From positions 372,001 to 436,000 of the forward strand of contig CM120647.1 in the NCBI GenBank assembly GCA_051362555.1: DNA of 64,000 nt, given 5' to 3'. The position numbers and the translations under genes are program-made. The stretch comes from Lingula anatina. Its lineage: Eukaryota > Animalia > Brachiopoda. Positions 26,801-41,009 of the stretch are shown in pieces; position 1 is the first letter of the stretch, and every line of letters starts with the position of its first letter. A model generated the notes under the pieces. That model was given only the letters and a program-made list of their open reading frames with translations, made no database searches and was not told where the DNA came from.

Positions 26801-29800
26801 TGACAAGATACAATATTTCATGTCTATTTATTATACCTTTGTGGAATGTGTTGTTCCTCTGGAACACTGTCGTTATTTTGCAGGTCGAAAATGTAGTAAA
26901 AATCATTTAAGTATGAAAAGATTTAAAAAACAAATACCAGATGGTACTGTGTACCCAAGACACCCCTACATGTTCAAGGGCAAGCTGCTGCAGAAGAAAT
27001 ACCCTAATAACTTTTTACTGTAACTTTCACTGTTGTAACTAAAAATACTATCCCCTTGTTTTATTCCCGTTTTCACTGATAGAACATTATTGTATTTTTC
27101 ACATAAATTGTTTCTTCCAAGTTAACCCCAGTTTTGAAGGGAGATTATTTGGAGCTTCCAGTTTCAAATTCTTTCTCGGAAGAAGTTCCGAATCTCCATA
27201 AGCCAAATTGCATGTACCCGAAGTTTGTGAAAAATTTTACTGATACCTGAAAGTAACAAAAATTCAGCCTAGTTGGCCAGAACAGAAACTAAGCATATTG
27301 GCAACATATTGAGTTGGTTTTTTTAAGGATAGACAAGTGCACTTTGGTAAGAAATTTCTGTCCTTTTTCTTATGACAATCATACATGTTGTCATGGTAAC
27401 CAGAGTCATCCTCGTAGTAGCCATTTTATATTTCTGCAGCTATTCTTTGATGTACAGTGCCTCCTTTAGCATTTTTTAGTACTAAGGCTTTTGTTTGTCT
27501 TTTTTTTATGTCATATAATTCATTTTTAATTTCTCCTCTGTTTTTATTATTTGTTTACATACTTGGTATTTCTTGCTCTTTATTACCACCATATTTTGAT
27601 AAAAGTGAGAAGGGATGATTTGAGCTTATTTCTTTGTAATGGTCTCTTGTTTGATATATCTGTATTATTATTTGACTTGATGTTGTAGATGTTGGTATTA
27701 CATGTGTTCATTCTGCAGTTAATCAGGACAATTTCTGCAATGAGACATTGCTTTACTGGCAACAAATAATGTTTATAAAATGTCTTCATCCATGTCAGTT
27801 ATTAAAACTGATTTGCTGCAGCGTAGAATTTATTGATTATATTCATTATTATTGTGTGGCAAAGTGAGTGTTGGTTTCATTGTATCCCCTCCATATTAAC
27901 TCTCCCCCTCAGTGTTGCCCCTCCTCAATGTTGCCCCCCCCCATTCCTCTTGTTCACAACCTCTTAACCTCTGATAGGATTTAGTGTTCTATCTATTTTT
28001 ATGACGGCTAATTGTAGTCAGTGTTTTTATGAGTCCGTGAGAAAATTATTCTGGTTATATGATAAAGCACAGCCTGCTTGGTGTCAGAAATGAATATTTC
28101 AAAACTGCTGACTCATGATGGCTCCTGACCATTAACAGCAGTTCAAGAGATGATCGTTATGAGTTCTGGCTTTGGGTGTGGGTCCATATCTCCCAAAACT
28201 TACGCTGTCAAGAAAACAATCAGCACAGATATCCTTGATACTCATCCCCCCCCCCCCCCAAATAACCTTGTTTCATAGTAATGAAAATTTCCAAATTTTC
28301 ACCATTGATACTAGTAAATATGGCCTCCATCTCTTGAACTGTCCTAGCTTACTGTTATATATCCTTAATGTAATACCTTTACTTATGATAGATGTTAATT
28401 CCTTATTTTTGGTAACATTGTGCATATGTCTGCATTTTACACAGCCTCATGTCTCTAATTTTTGCCATGATGATCATTTTTTATCCTGGCATTATAAATC
28501 TTGAGAATTGCAAAATTCAAGTTGCTACTACCATTGATTGATTGTGATTTTAATTTAAGCAGATCTCATTTTGAATTGAAAAACTTATTAAAACTTTGCC
28601 ACCTTTCCTGTATCAATAATTTTTATCATTCAGTGAACAAAAATCTTATTATATGTTTGGTTGAAAATACACACATACATTCCCACATTGTCTTTCTTTT
28701 TGGAGTATCAGTTGAAAAATGTGAACCATTATCATATGATTGCCTTGTTTATGTACCAACTTAATGATTTAATTTTTGTTTATTGTATACCAAAGTGAGG
28801 CTTCTGTCTGGACAGGAGCCTCATTTCAGCACCAACCAAAACATCCTTTCTGTCATCTGCTTCAGGCATCAATCATGAAATGATAATACATGAACAGACA
28901 AAAATCAAAATTTCAGTAAGATTTTGTTCATTGAATGATAAATCTGTGACCCATATCCCTGTGGCCTACATTTCCAAGGGATGTGGGTCACTGCTGGCCA
29001 GTGTAGTCCCATATCCCTGTGGCCTTCATTTCCAAGGGATGTGGGTCACTGCTGGCCAGTGTAGTCCCATATCCCTGTGGCCTTCAGTACCAAGGGATGT
29101 GGGTCACTGCTGGCCAGTGTAGTCCCATATCCCTGTGGCCTTCATTTCCAAGGGATGTGGGTCACTGCTGGCCAGTGTAGTCCCATATCCCTGTGGCCTT
29201 CAGTACCAAGGGATGTGGGTCGCTGCTGGTCAGTGTAGTCCTGTATCACAAAGAAATTTCATAACTTGTAATGTTGCCAGAACAACATATTTGGTATAAA
29301 ACAAGTATGTAAAAAATCCGATATATTATGTTAGTATTTTGAGAAAAATAATAAGTCAGATGCTTTCATTCTGTAAAGTATTTTGAAAAAGAAGGTAATG
29401 AATGTCTTGAATTCTGAATTTTCTGTAATATTTAACTATATCAACTCTTTGACCTTCACTATGATACACATGGTGTTGAAAAGATTAACGGAGTGTATTC
29501 TCTGTCCTGCAGCATATTACAAGGGAGGTGCTGACATGTTCCTGAACACAGGGTGGTCCTCAGCAAAGAACAGGAATAATGAGAGAATTCTTACACAGGA
29601 AGCTGACCTGGTGACTGCCCATGGTGGGTGTGAATGTGTTAGATGTGACAGTGAGATGTGAATGTGTTAGATGTGACAGTGAGGTGTAAATGTGTTAGAT
29701 GTGACAGTGAGATGTGAATGTGTTAGATGTGACAGTGAGGTGTGAATGTGTTAGATGTGACAGTGAGGTGTGAATGTGTTAGATATGATAGTGAGGTGTG

Positions 29801-32800
29801 AATGTGTTAGATGTGATAGTGAGGTGTAAATGTGTTAGATATGATAGTGAGGTGTGAATGTGTTTGATGTGATAGTGAGGTGTGAATGTGTTAGATGTGA
29901 TAGTGAGGTGTGAATGTGTTAGATGTGACAGTGAGGTGTGAATGTGTTAGATATGACAGTGAGATGTGTTAGGTGTGACAATGAGATGTTATGCGTGACT
30001 GAGGGATGAATGTGAATTGGAAAAAATTTGATGGCAGATTTAAATAGAACTTCAGGGGTCAATTTATTTATTTTATAACATGAAAGTTCACTTTTTGTTG
30101 ATGATTTTATTTATCTTTATTGTTAAATGTTTTGACATTGGTTTTACTAACTTACTAATACTGATACATTTTTTGTTTTTCTTTCTTACATGATTGCAAT
30201 GGCAGAATTTGGTAAGTCTGTTTAAAGGTAGTTTACTTTAAACTGATTTAGATTCGTTGTTTTGCTAATGTCCACTGTTCCTAAACTGAAGTTTTTGTTA
30301 CTTTCTCAGTTAGTAAAGTTAGTATTTTTGAAATAAAGCATACATACTTTGTTGTTGATAATTAGATGAAAATTTGATGGATTTTTGATTTGAAAAATGG
30401 TTTTGAATCAATGGATATGCCATCATTTATTTCAAGCAGTAAGCTTTCATGGAACTTGTTTAGTATTTACATTGCTTATACTAACTTGCTTATTCTGACT
30501 CTTTGGATCTTAACCATGACCTTGTTTTTTTGTGTCAAGGTCATAATTGGGGCAGTGAACACGACCCAGACTCTGAGGAATGTTCTCCCAACGCCTTTAA
30601 TGGCGGCAAGCACATCATGTACACGTACTCTGTGTCAGGATATGAGAAAAACAACAAGGTAATATAACACTTAATACATATCATGTACACATACTATTGA
30701 ACACTATTATTGAACTTGATCCATGTACACAAAAATGTGTTATTTTTTGTTAAGTACTGGAGTAAATTTTGGCAAGGCATAAGTTTCTTATTGATAATTG
30801 ATATTTCCTTTTTGAGAAGTCTTGATATATGTGTATTCCCCTTATTGCAGATCTTCTCCCCTTGCAGTAAGAGAGCTATGGGGGAGGTGCTGAGAGCCAA
30901 GTCTGCTTCTTGTTTTGTAGGTAGGTATATGCAGTAAGAGAACTATTGGGGAGGTGTTGAGAGGCAAGTCTTCCTCCTGTTTTGTAGGTAAGTATATGTA
31001 GTAAGACAGCTATGGGGGAGGTGTTAAGAGCCAAGTCTGTCTCTTGTTTTGTAGGTAAGTATATGTAGTAAGAGAGCTATGGGGGAAGTACTGAGGGCCA
31101 AGTCTGTCTATTGTTTTGTAGGTAAGTATATGTAGTAAGACAGCTATGGGGGAGGTGCTGAGAGCCAAGTCTGTCTGTTGTTTTGTAGGTAAGTATATGT
31201 AGTAAGACAGCTATTGGGGAGGTGCTGAGAGCCAAGTCTGTCTGTTGTTTTGTAGGTAAGTATATGTAGTAAGAGAGCTATGGGGGAGGTGTTAAGAGCC
31301 AAGTCTGTCTCTTGTTTTGTAGGTAAGTATATGTAGTAAGAGAGCTATGGGGGAAGTACTGAGGGCCAAGTCTGTCTATTGTTTTGTAGGTAAGTATATG
31401 TAGTAAGAGAGCTATGGGGGAGGTACTGAGAGCTAAGTCTGTCTCTTGTTTTGTAGGTAAGTATATGTAGTAAGAGAGCTATGGGGTAGGTACTGAGAGC
31501 CAAGTCTGTCTCTTGTTTTGTAGGTAAGTATATGTAGTAAGAGAGCTATGGGGGAGGTGTTGAGAGCTAAGTTTGCCTCTTGTTTTGTAGGTGAGTTTCT
31601 GGATGATTGGGTTTTAAATGTTGGAAGTAGCTAAAAAGTACACCCATGAAAGAAATAGATCTTGTTTACCTTATTAACAAAAATTTTTGTCCTGAAAGCT
31701 TGGTAGGAGCGTGCAGACATACAACATTAAATACCATTTTTCAATGTTTAAGACCATTTTTAAATGAAGGAAACCATTTAGAACGATTTTATAACAAAAG
31801 CATATATAGATTAATATACCATGTTTCACCTGAATTTCTTACTTTTTCCATGTCTGTTTCAGAGCCGTCCCAAAGTTACTGCGGCAACTACATCCGTGAG
31901 GAGAATGAAGAGTGTGATGCAGGGTTGGAGGGAAAATCAGGCACGGATCACTGCTGTACGGAATCATGCACTTTGAGACAAGGGGCACAGTGCAGGTACA
32001 GGAGGCAAAGTTGACCAGTTGAGATGTACAACATGAACAGTCTAAAAAAGTTTTCTTTTACAAATATATATTTGAAAAACTATAAATTCATTTTTTTTTT
32101 GATAAATTTTTTTCACAGGAAAATTAGTGCTTAAGCTATGTTATGTGTAATCCGTGCTTTGTTTTCCAGTCACATCAACCACGCATGCTGTACACATCAG
32201 TGTGTGATTGCAGGACCAACGCAGTTGTGTGAGGCTCGCCCAGACGTCAACCTCGCCTGCGAGAAAAATGCCTACTGCAAATATCCTTGTAATACCCATT
32301 AATCTTGTCCTTATGTTTCAAACATGTTGATTATGTGGTGAAAGTCTACACATGCCTAGCTGGGGTAGCGCTAGCAATTTGTTTGCTTAGCCAAATCACC
32401 ATTTTTTGGTCAATTTGTTATCAGAATGGTTATAATTTGACTAAAACAAGTCAAATCAAGCCCGTTTTGTATAACCAATTAAGGCCAGTTTTAGCATTTG
32501 GCTTAATTGGCGAGTGTTAGCGCTACCCCAGCCTAGCTATACATGTAGTTAGAAATGAACATTTCTGCAGATAATGCAAATCTCACCTTTCTGAAATTTT
32601 ATTTCTCTGTTATACTCTACAACATAATACCAGTAAAATATGTGATGAACTGTTCAGGATGAGTTAAATGATTAGTATAGATTTTTTCTAAGATCATAGT
32701 TGTTTGCCTACCTTAAAACTGATAGCCAGTTTTCTCAGTGCTGACCGTCCACCACCTCCAACATTATTATTGAAGTAATTATATTATAGTAAGAACAATG

Positions 32801-35800
32801 AGGTTGTTTGTCTTAACTGCTTTCACTGGTCTAGATAAGGACTGCCCACCACCTCCTAAGAAAGACAATGGGGATCCTTGCTTTGACAGGTACTTGTTCT
32901 GTACACTTACTAAATATATATATATACACACATGCACTGAGTATACACATGCATGTGCTCATACACGATACACATACATTGACATGCATGAATGAAAGGG
33001 ATATGGAGCGATGTTTGAATCAACAACTATCAATATGCCATTGGTTAACTAGTCACCTGATAGTGAGGAAGATTTGAAGAAATTGTACTTGCTAGATTTT
33101 GTCTGATGAAATCCTGTAGTGATTTACACAAGAAGAGAACTCCAGATAACATTGAACCTATTTGTGGATGCTTATTTAAATGTACATATAATTAATTCCT
33201 ATAATTTATGTAAAATTTAAGTGTTGTACTCCTTATTCTAGAGGAAAGTGCAAAAATGGAAGATGTCAGCCATTTTGTGAGACACTTACTCCTTCTCAGA
33301 TACCCTGTGTTTGTGATAAAGGTAAGCTGATATATGTTGTTATAACATGAATGTGATAAAGGTAAGCCAATATATGTTGTTATAAATATCTAGGTCACTG
33401 ACCTACATGTTTCTTTTTATAAAATATCCAGGTCACTGTGACCTATATGTTTCTATTTATAAAATATTCAGGTCACTGTGACCTACATATGTTTCTATTT
33501 ATAGTGGAGGATTCCTGCCTGTGGTGCTGCCAGGCCAACTCCAGTGCAGAGTGTGTGCCATTTGTAAACCAAACCACCAAACTGATGCTGGATCTTCCTG
33601 ACGGAAAACCCTGTTTGCAGGGATATTGTGTTGGGGTAAGGGTGCATGTAAAGTGAGATTTACTCTTCCCCTGTAGCCCTTTTACTACAGATATTTTCCT
33701 ACAATTGCATATATATTATCAGCATAAAATGGTAGATTTGACCTCTGACTTCTTACCTGTGGGCAAGCAATTTGGCCTCAGGGCCAGTCATGTGACCCCT
33801 GACCTCTAGGTCAGCAATTTGACCTCTGGGCCAGCCATTTGACCCCCTGACCTCTAGGTCAGCAATTTGTTCCTTTGACCTCTGGGCCAGCAATTTGACC
33901 TATGACCTCTATGCCAGCAATTTGACCTATGACCTCTGGGCCAGCCATTTGACTCCTGACCTCTAGGTCAGCAATTTGATCTCTGTGCCAGCAATTTGAC
34001 CTATGACCTCTGTGCCAGCAATTTGACCTATGACCTCTGGGTCAGCAATTTGACCTCTGACCCAGTTCTAGAGTTGGCAAATGAACCAAGGAATATCCAT
34101 AAAGCTCTGAAATATGTATCTTTTCCTGGACTTCATAAAAATGTTTTTTTAACCTGGAGTCTCATTTCTACTCTCAGCTGACGACTTAAGAAACAAGAAT
34201 ATTTCTGTTTGTAGGGAAGCTGTAAGCTGCAGAGAGAGTCCCTGACACAGAGATTCTGGAGGATCATTGAAGAGTTCTCTGCTGATGCCTTTGGTGAGTT
34301 TTTTATATTTACATTATTGTACCACCAGCGTTAGCGCTGGCGGTACACATGGTTTCGGTCCCGTCCGGATCGTTCCGCCGGCTCCGCCGGCTCCGCCAGC
34401 TCCGCCGGCTCCGCCGGCTCCGCCGGACGGCTACCGTTACCGCTTCTCCTCCTAGACGGTAAGGGCCCCCGTACCCATCTCATGGATTTAGGTCACCTAT
34501 AATCTCAACTCGTTCCACGTAAAATTTGGGCTTTGTCGGTATTGGGGTCTGGGTGTGGCACTCATTACAATGCACCCTTGTCTAAAAATGGCAAAATTAA
34601 ATGCTAATTATCTACCCTACGGAAGGAGTTATGGGAAAAATTTCTATAGACGGCCTTCCAAAAGTCATATGTGTAGATTTCAAATATACCCTTGGATTTG
34701 ACCTTTGACCTTTACTTCAAGGTCAAATGGGTCAAAATTTTCAAAAAAATGAAATTTTTTACGAAAAAAATTTTTTTTGCCCTGTTATTCAGACACTACA
34801 CAGACTTAACCAATAATATTATTGGAAAGTGTTACCCTTCAGGTCATCTTTCATCTCCATGAATTTGGGGTCAATCGGTGCATTTTCACGGGAGTAGCGG
34901 CCATAAGATACCGAAACTGAAAACTGTCTCTAATTCGGGAACCGTTAATGCTAGAGACCCATTCTTTTTTGCATTTTGTAGAGCATGTAAAGCCCAACAC
35001 TGGAGGTGGTCTCGGTTTTTTTGTATTCCATACGGTTTTCGAGTTACGCTGTATCAAAAAGTACATATTGGTGGTAAAAGCAAAATGTGCAGTACGGTAA
35101 TGGATAATAAATTTTGAACTCTGGAAAAATAAAACATAAGGCTTGGCAAAGCAGACAACTTGTGTTCAAAAATGACATTATTTCATCAAATTTGAACTTC
35201 TGAAACTTCAGGGCACCTCCTATTTCAAGAATTTTGACCAAAATGACATTTTCTTTATTTTAATTAATTTTTTCTGTACGAAATTTAAGGCACATTATGG
35301 TAACTCCAAAATTATAACATTTAGTCCCTTATATCTCCAAAACTGGCAGAGATAGGTCCATAGTTACTATTGAAGTTGAATAGGAAGTCATATACTGGCA
35401 ATCTTACTGTGATCTTAAAATTGACCTTTGACCTACTTTTCACCATGAAATGAACTTTGCAAATTTTGCTTCCCTTTTATCTCCAAAACTGGCTGAGATA
35501 GGTCCATAGTTAGTATTGAACTTGAATAGAAAGTCATATACTGGCAATCTAAATGTGACCTTGAAATTGACCTTTGACCTACTTTTCACCATGAATTGAA
35601 CTTTGCAAATTTTGCTTCCCTTTTATCTCCAAAACTGGCAGAGATAGGTCCATAGTTACTATTGAACTTGAATAGGAAGTCATATACTGGCAATCTATAT
35701 GTGACCTTAAAATTGACCTTTGACCTACTTTTCACCATGAACTGAACTTTGCAAATTTTGCCTTCTTTTATCTCCAAAACTGGCTGAGATAGGTCCCTAG

Positions 35801-38800
35801 TTACTATTGAACTTGAATAGGAAGTCATATACTGGCAATCTATATGTGACCTTAAAATTGACCTTTGACCTACTTTTCACCATGAACTGAACTTTGCAAA
35901 TTTTGCCTTCTTTTATCTCCAAAACTGGCTGAGATAGGTCCCTAGTTACTATTGAACTTGAATAGGAAGTCATATACTGGCAATCTATATGTGACCTTAA
36001 AATTGACCTTTGACCTACTTTTCACCATGAACTGAACTTTGCAAATTTTTCTTCCCTTTTATCTCCAAAACTGGCAGAGGTAGGTCCATAGTTACTAGCG
36101 AACTTGAATAGGAAGTCATATACTGGCAATCTAAACGTGACCTTAAAATTGACCTTTGACCTACTTTACACCATGAACTGAATTTTGCAAATTTTGCTTT
36201 CCTTTTATCTCCAAAACTGGCTGAGATAGGTCCGTAATTACTATTGAACTTGAATAGGAAGTCATATACTGGCAATCTATATGTGATCTTAAAATTGACC
36301 TTTGACCTACTTTTCACCATGAACTGAACTTTGCAAATTTTGCTTCCCTTTTATCTCCAAAACTGGCTGAGATAGGTCCATAGTTAGTATTGAACTTGAA
36401 TAGAAAGTCATATACTGGCAATCTAAATGTGACCTTAAAATTGACCTTTGACCTACTTTTCACCATGAACTGAACTTTGCAAATTTTGCTTTCCTTTTAT
36501 CTCCAAAACTGGCTGAGATAGGTCCGTAGTTACTATTGAAATTGAATAGAAAGTCATATACTGGCAATCTAAATGTGACCTTGAAATTGACCTTTGACCT
36601 ACTTTTCACCATGAATTGAACTTTGCAAATTTTGCTTTCCTTTTACCTCCAAAACTGGCAGAGATAGGTCCATAGTTACTATTGAACTTGAATAGGAAGT
36701 CATATACTGGCAATCTAAATGTGACCTTAAAATTGACCTTTGACCTACTTTTCACCATGAACTGAACTTTGCAAATTTTGCTTCCCTTTTATCTCCAAAA
36801 CTGGCTGAGATAGGTCCATAGTTAGTATTGAACTTGAATAGAAAGTCATATACTGGCAATCTAAATGTGAACTTGAAATTGACCTTTGACCTACTTTTCA
36901 CCATGAATTGAACTTTGCAAATTTTGCTTTCCTTTTATCTCCAAAACTGGCAGAGATAGGTCCATAGTTACTATTGAACTTGAATAGGAAGTCATATACT
37001 GGCAATCTAAATGTGATCTTAAAATTGACCTTTGACCTACTTTTCACCATGAACTGAACTTTGCAAATTTTGCTTCCCTTTTATCTCCAAAACTGGCAGA
37101 GATAGGTCCATAGTTAGTATTGAACTTGAATAGGAAGTCATGTACTGGCAATCTTACTGTGACCTTGAAATTGACCTTTGACCTACTTTTCACCATGAAC
37201 TGAACTTTGCAAATTTTGCCTTCTTTTATCTCCAAAACTGGCTGAGATAGGTCCCTAGTTACTATTGAACTTGAATAGGAAGTCATATACTGGCAATCTA
37301 TATGTGACCTTAAAATTGACCTTTGACCTTCTTTTCACCATGAACTGAACTTTGCAAATTTTTCTTCCCTTTTATCTCCAAAACTGGCAGTGATAGGTCC
37401 ATAGTTACTATTGAACTTGAATAGGAAGTCATATACTGGCAATCTAAATGTGACCTTAAAATTGACTTTTGACCTACTTTTCACCATGAACTGAATTTTG
37501 CAAATTTTGCTTCCCTTTTATCTCCAAAACTGGCAGAGATAGGTCCATAGTTACTATTGAACTTGAATAGGAAGTCATATACTGGCAATATAAATGTGAC
37601 ATTAAAATTGACCTTTGACCTACTTTTCACCATAAACTGAACTTTGCAAATTTTGGTTCCCTTTTATCTCCAAAACTGGCAAAGATAGGTCCATAGTTAC
37701 TATTGAACTTGAATAGGAAGTCATATACTGGCAATCTAAATGTGACCTTAAAATTGACCTTTGACCTACTTTTCACCATAAATTGAACTTTGCAAATTTT
37801 GCTTCCCTTTTATCTCCAAAACTGGCAGAGATAGGTCCATAGTTACTATTGAACTTGAATAGGAAGTCATATACTGGCAATCTAAACGTGACCTTAAAAT
37901 TGACCTTTGACCTACTTTTCACCATGAACTGAACTTTGCAAATTTTGCTTCCCTTTTATCTCCAAAACTGGCAGAGATAGGTCCGTAGTTACTATTGAAC
38001 TTGAATAGGAAGTCATATACTGGCAATCTAAATGTGACCTTAAAATTGACCTTTGACCTACTTTTCACCATAAACTGAACTTTGCAAATTTTGCTTCCCT
38101 TTTATCTCCAAAACTGGCAGAGATAGGTCCATAGTTACTATTGAACTTGAATAGGAAGTCATATACTGGCAATCTAAATGTGACCTTAAAATTGACCTTT
38201 GACCTACTTTTCACCATGAACTGAACTTTGCAACTTTTGCTTCCCTTTTATCTCCAAAACTGGCAGAGATAGGTCCATAGTTACTATTGAACTTGAATAG
38301 GAAGTCATATACTGGCAATCTAAATGTGACCTTAAAATTGACTTTTGACCTACTTTTCACCATGAACTGAATTTTGCAAATTTTGCTTCCCTTTTATCTC
38401 CAAAACTGGCAGAGATAGGTCCATAGTTACTATTGAACTTGAATAGGAAGTCCTATACTGGCAATCTAAGTGTGACCTTGAAATTGACCTTTGACCTACT
38501 TTTTATCATGAAGTGAACTCTGCTAATTTCTTTCTCTTTTAACTTCAAACTTGACAGAGATAGGTCCATAGTTACTCTTGAACTTGAATAGGAAGTCATA
38601 TACTGGCAATTTTCTGTGACCTTGAAATTGACCCTTGACCTATCTTACAAAGAACTTAAATTTGATTGTACCATATATATTTTTTGCAATAGTTTAAAAA
38701 TTCTTGTTGATTGCATTTTTACAGCTTGTCAAGCACAAAACTGGTGGCTGTGTCCCTTATTTTGTGTATGTGGGGGTCTATACGAATGCGCTTGCTCCAG

Positions 38801-40957
38801 CTGGTGGTACAATATTCGGAGGCGGTATCGCCTCTCTGATCCTCTAGTGTTATTAAGTCTCTTACACAAAGTTGGGTAGTTAAAGCATTAAAGGACTCAA
38901 ATTAGTTGAAAGTCATAATAACTCTTCGTTTTGGCCAAAAATACGATTTTTTCTGGAAAAAACGGGAATTTTCCCGTACTTACCAATGGTCAACGACCCC
39001 ATTCCTGCATTCAAAGTTAATCCAGGGTTTTTTCCTAAACGTACAGTTTTTTTGTTAAAATCTCTTAAGGGATTTTAACTGACGGAGCCCTCTCGTATCG
39101 AGCGATAGTTTCTGGTGATCTGCTTAAAACCGCGGGAAAAGCAGACAACAACAACACTATATAACAATATTATAAGATTCATAAGATATGTTTGTCTTTT
39201 TGCTCAAAATACATTTATATCTACAATGTGTGCAATTCTGGGCTTTTCGTTATCCGACGCACTGTACAAAAACTCCCAACTTACGTCTGAGGGTTTCCCG
39301 CCATGATATTTTGGTCTCGAATGGACGCGAGAATCCGCGTGACACCTAAACGTCCTTGGCAACGGATGCACTTATCGACCGCGAAGAAAGGCATGGAAAG
39401 CCCAAGTGACAAGCACAGATTTTAGTTTTACTACAATAACAGTCGTTTTAGTGGGAAAATGCAATAGAATATATTTCCAGGCGTTGTTTACAATGTATTT
39501 CTTGCGGAATTTTGAATCTCAAAGGAAGAGTTATTATTGCTTTAAAATCAATAAAATAGTGTTTATTTTTTTGGCCGATTTGACACCAGTAATTAGTAAA
39601 TGTAAAGCTAACTTCTTGCTCCTTAATCTGTTGATTGTCCCCTAAGTTCTTTAGTTATAGTTATAATGTGAAGGTTTCTTGACAATAATTGGTAAATGTA
39701 AAGCTTTCTTACTGTTTCATAGTTTGTTTACTGTTTCATCATTTGTTTACTGTTTCACAATTTCTTTACTTTTTATGTACAGACACAGATGTGTCTGTAC
39801 ATATAGCCATCATCTGCGTCTGTCGTCGCCGTCGCCGTCGCCGTCGTCGCCGTGCACTTTTACCGATAACACGATAAGTGGAAAACTGTTTTTTCTTTTG
39901 GCTTGAAACTTACAGAACTGATTAATATTCGTAATACGCAGGTCAAGTTCGAAAATCAGCATGATCGGGTCACTTATAGGGAATTTATGCTGTTTTTTCA
40001 CTTTTTTCAGCATATATGCAGCACCGATAACACGATAAGTGGAAAACCATGTTACCTTTTGGCTTGAAACTTACAGAACTGATTAATATTCGTAATACGC
40101 AGGTTAAGTTCGAAAATCAGCATGATCGGGTCACTTATAAGGAATTTATGCTGTTTTTTCACTTTTTTCAGCATATATGCAGCACCGATAACACGATAAG
40201 TGGAAAACCATGTTACCTTTTCCCTTGAAACTTACAGAACTGATAAATATTCATAATACGCAGGTCAAGTTCGAAAATCAGCATGATCGGGTCACTTATA
40301 GGGAATTTATGCTGTTTTTTTACTTTTTTCAGCATATATGCACCACCGATAACACGATAAGTGGAAAACCATTTTACCTTTTCCCTTGAAACTTACAAAA
40401 CTGATAAATATTCATAATACGCAGGTCAAGTTCGAAAATCAGCATGATCGGGTCATTTTTAGGGAATTTATGCTGTTTTTTCACTTTTTTCAGCATATAT
40501 GCAACCCCGATAACACCATAAGTGGAAAACCATTCTACCTTTTGGCTTGAAACTTACAAAACTGATGAATATTCATAATACACAGGTCAAGTTCAAAAAT
40601 CAGCATGATTGGGTCATTTTTAGGGAATTTATGCGTTTTTTTCACTTTTTTCAGCATATATGCAGCACCGATAACACCATAAGTGGAAAACCAATTTACC
40701 TTTTGGCTTGAAACTTGCAGAACTGATAAATATTCATAATACGCAAGTCAAGTTCAAAAATCAGCATGATTCGATTATTGTTAGGGAATTTATGCTGTTT
40801 TTTCACTTCTTTCAGCATATATGCAGCACTGATAACACAATAAGTGGAAAACTGTTTTTTCATTTGGCTTGAAACCTACAGAACTAATGAATATTCATAA
40901 TACGCAGGTCAAGTTTGAAAATCAGCAAGATCGGGCAATTTTTATGGAAGTTATCCT

Positions 40958-41009
<52 letters not shown>

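Noticed and set aside
29513-30658. ADAM17 as an inactive or pseudogene copy lacking HExxH
   Set aside because: The missing E-F codons are supplied by the microexon at 30206-30211.
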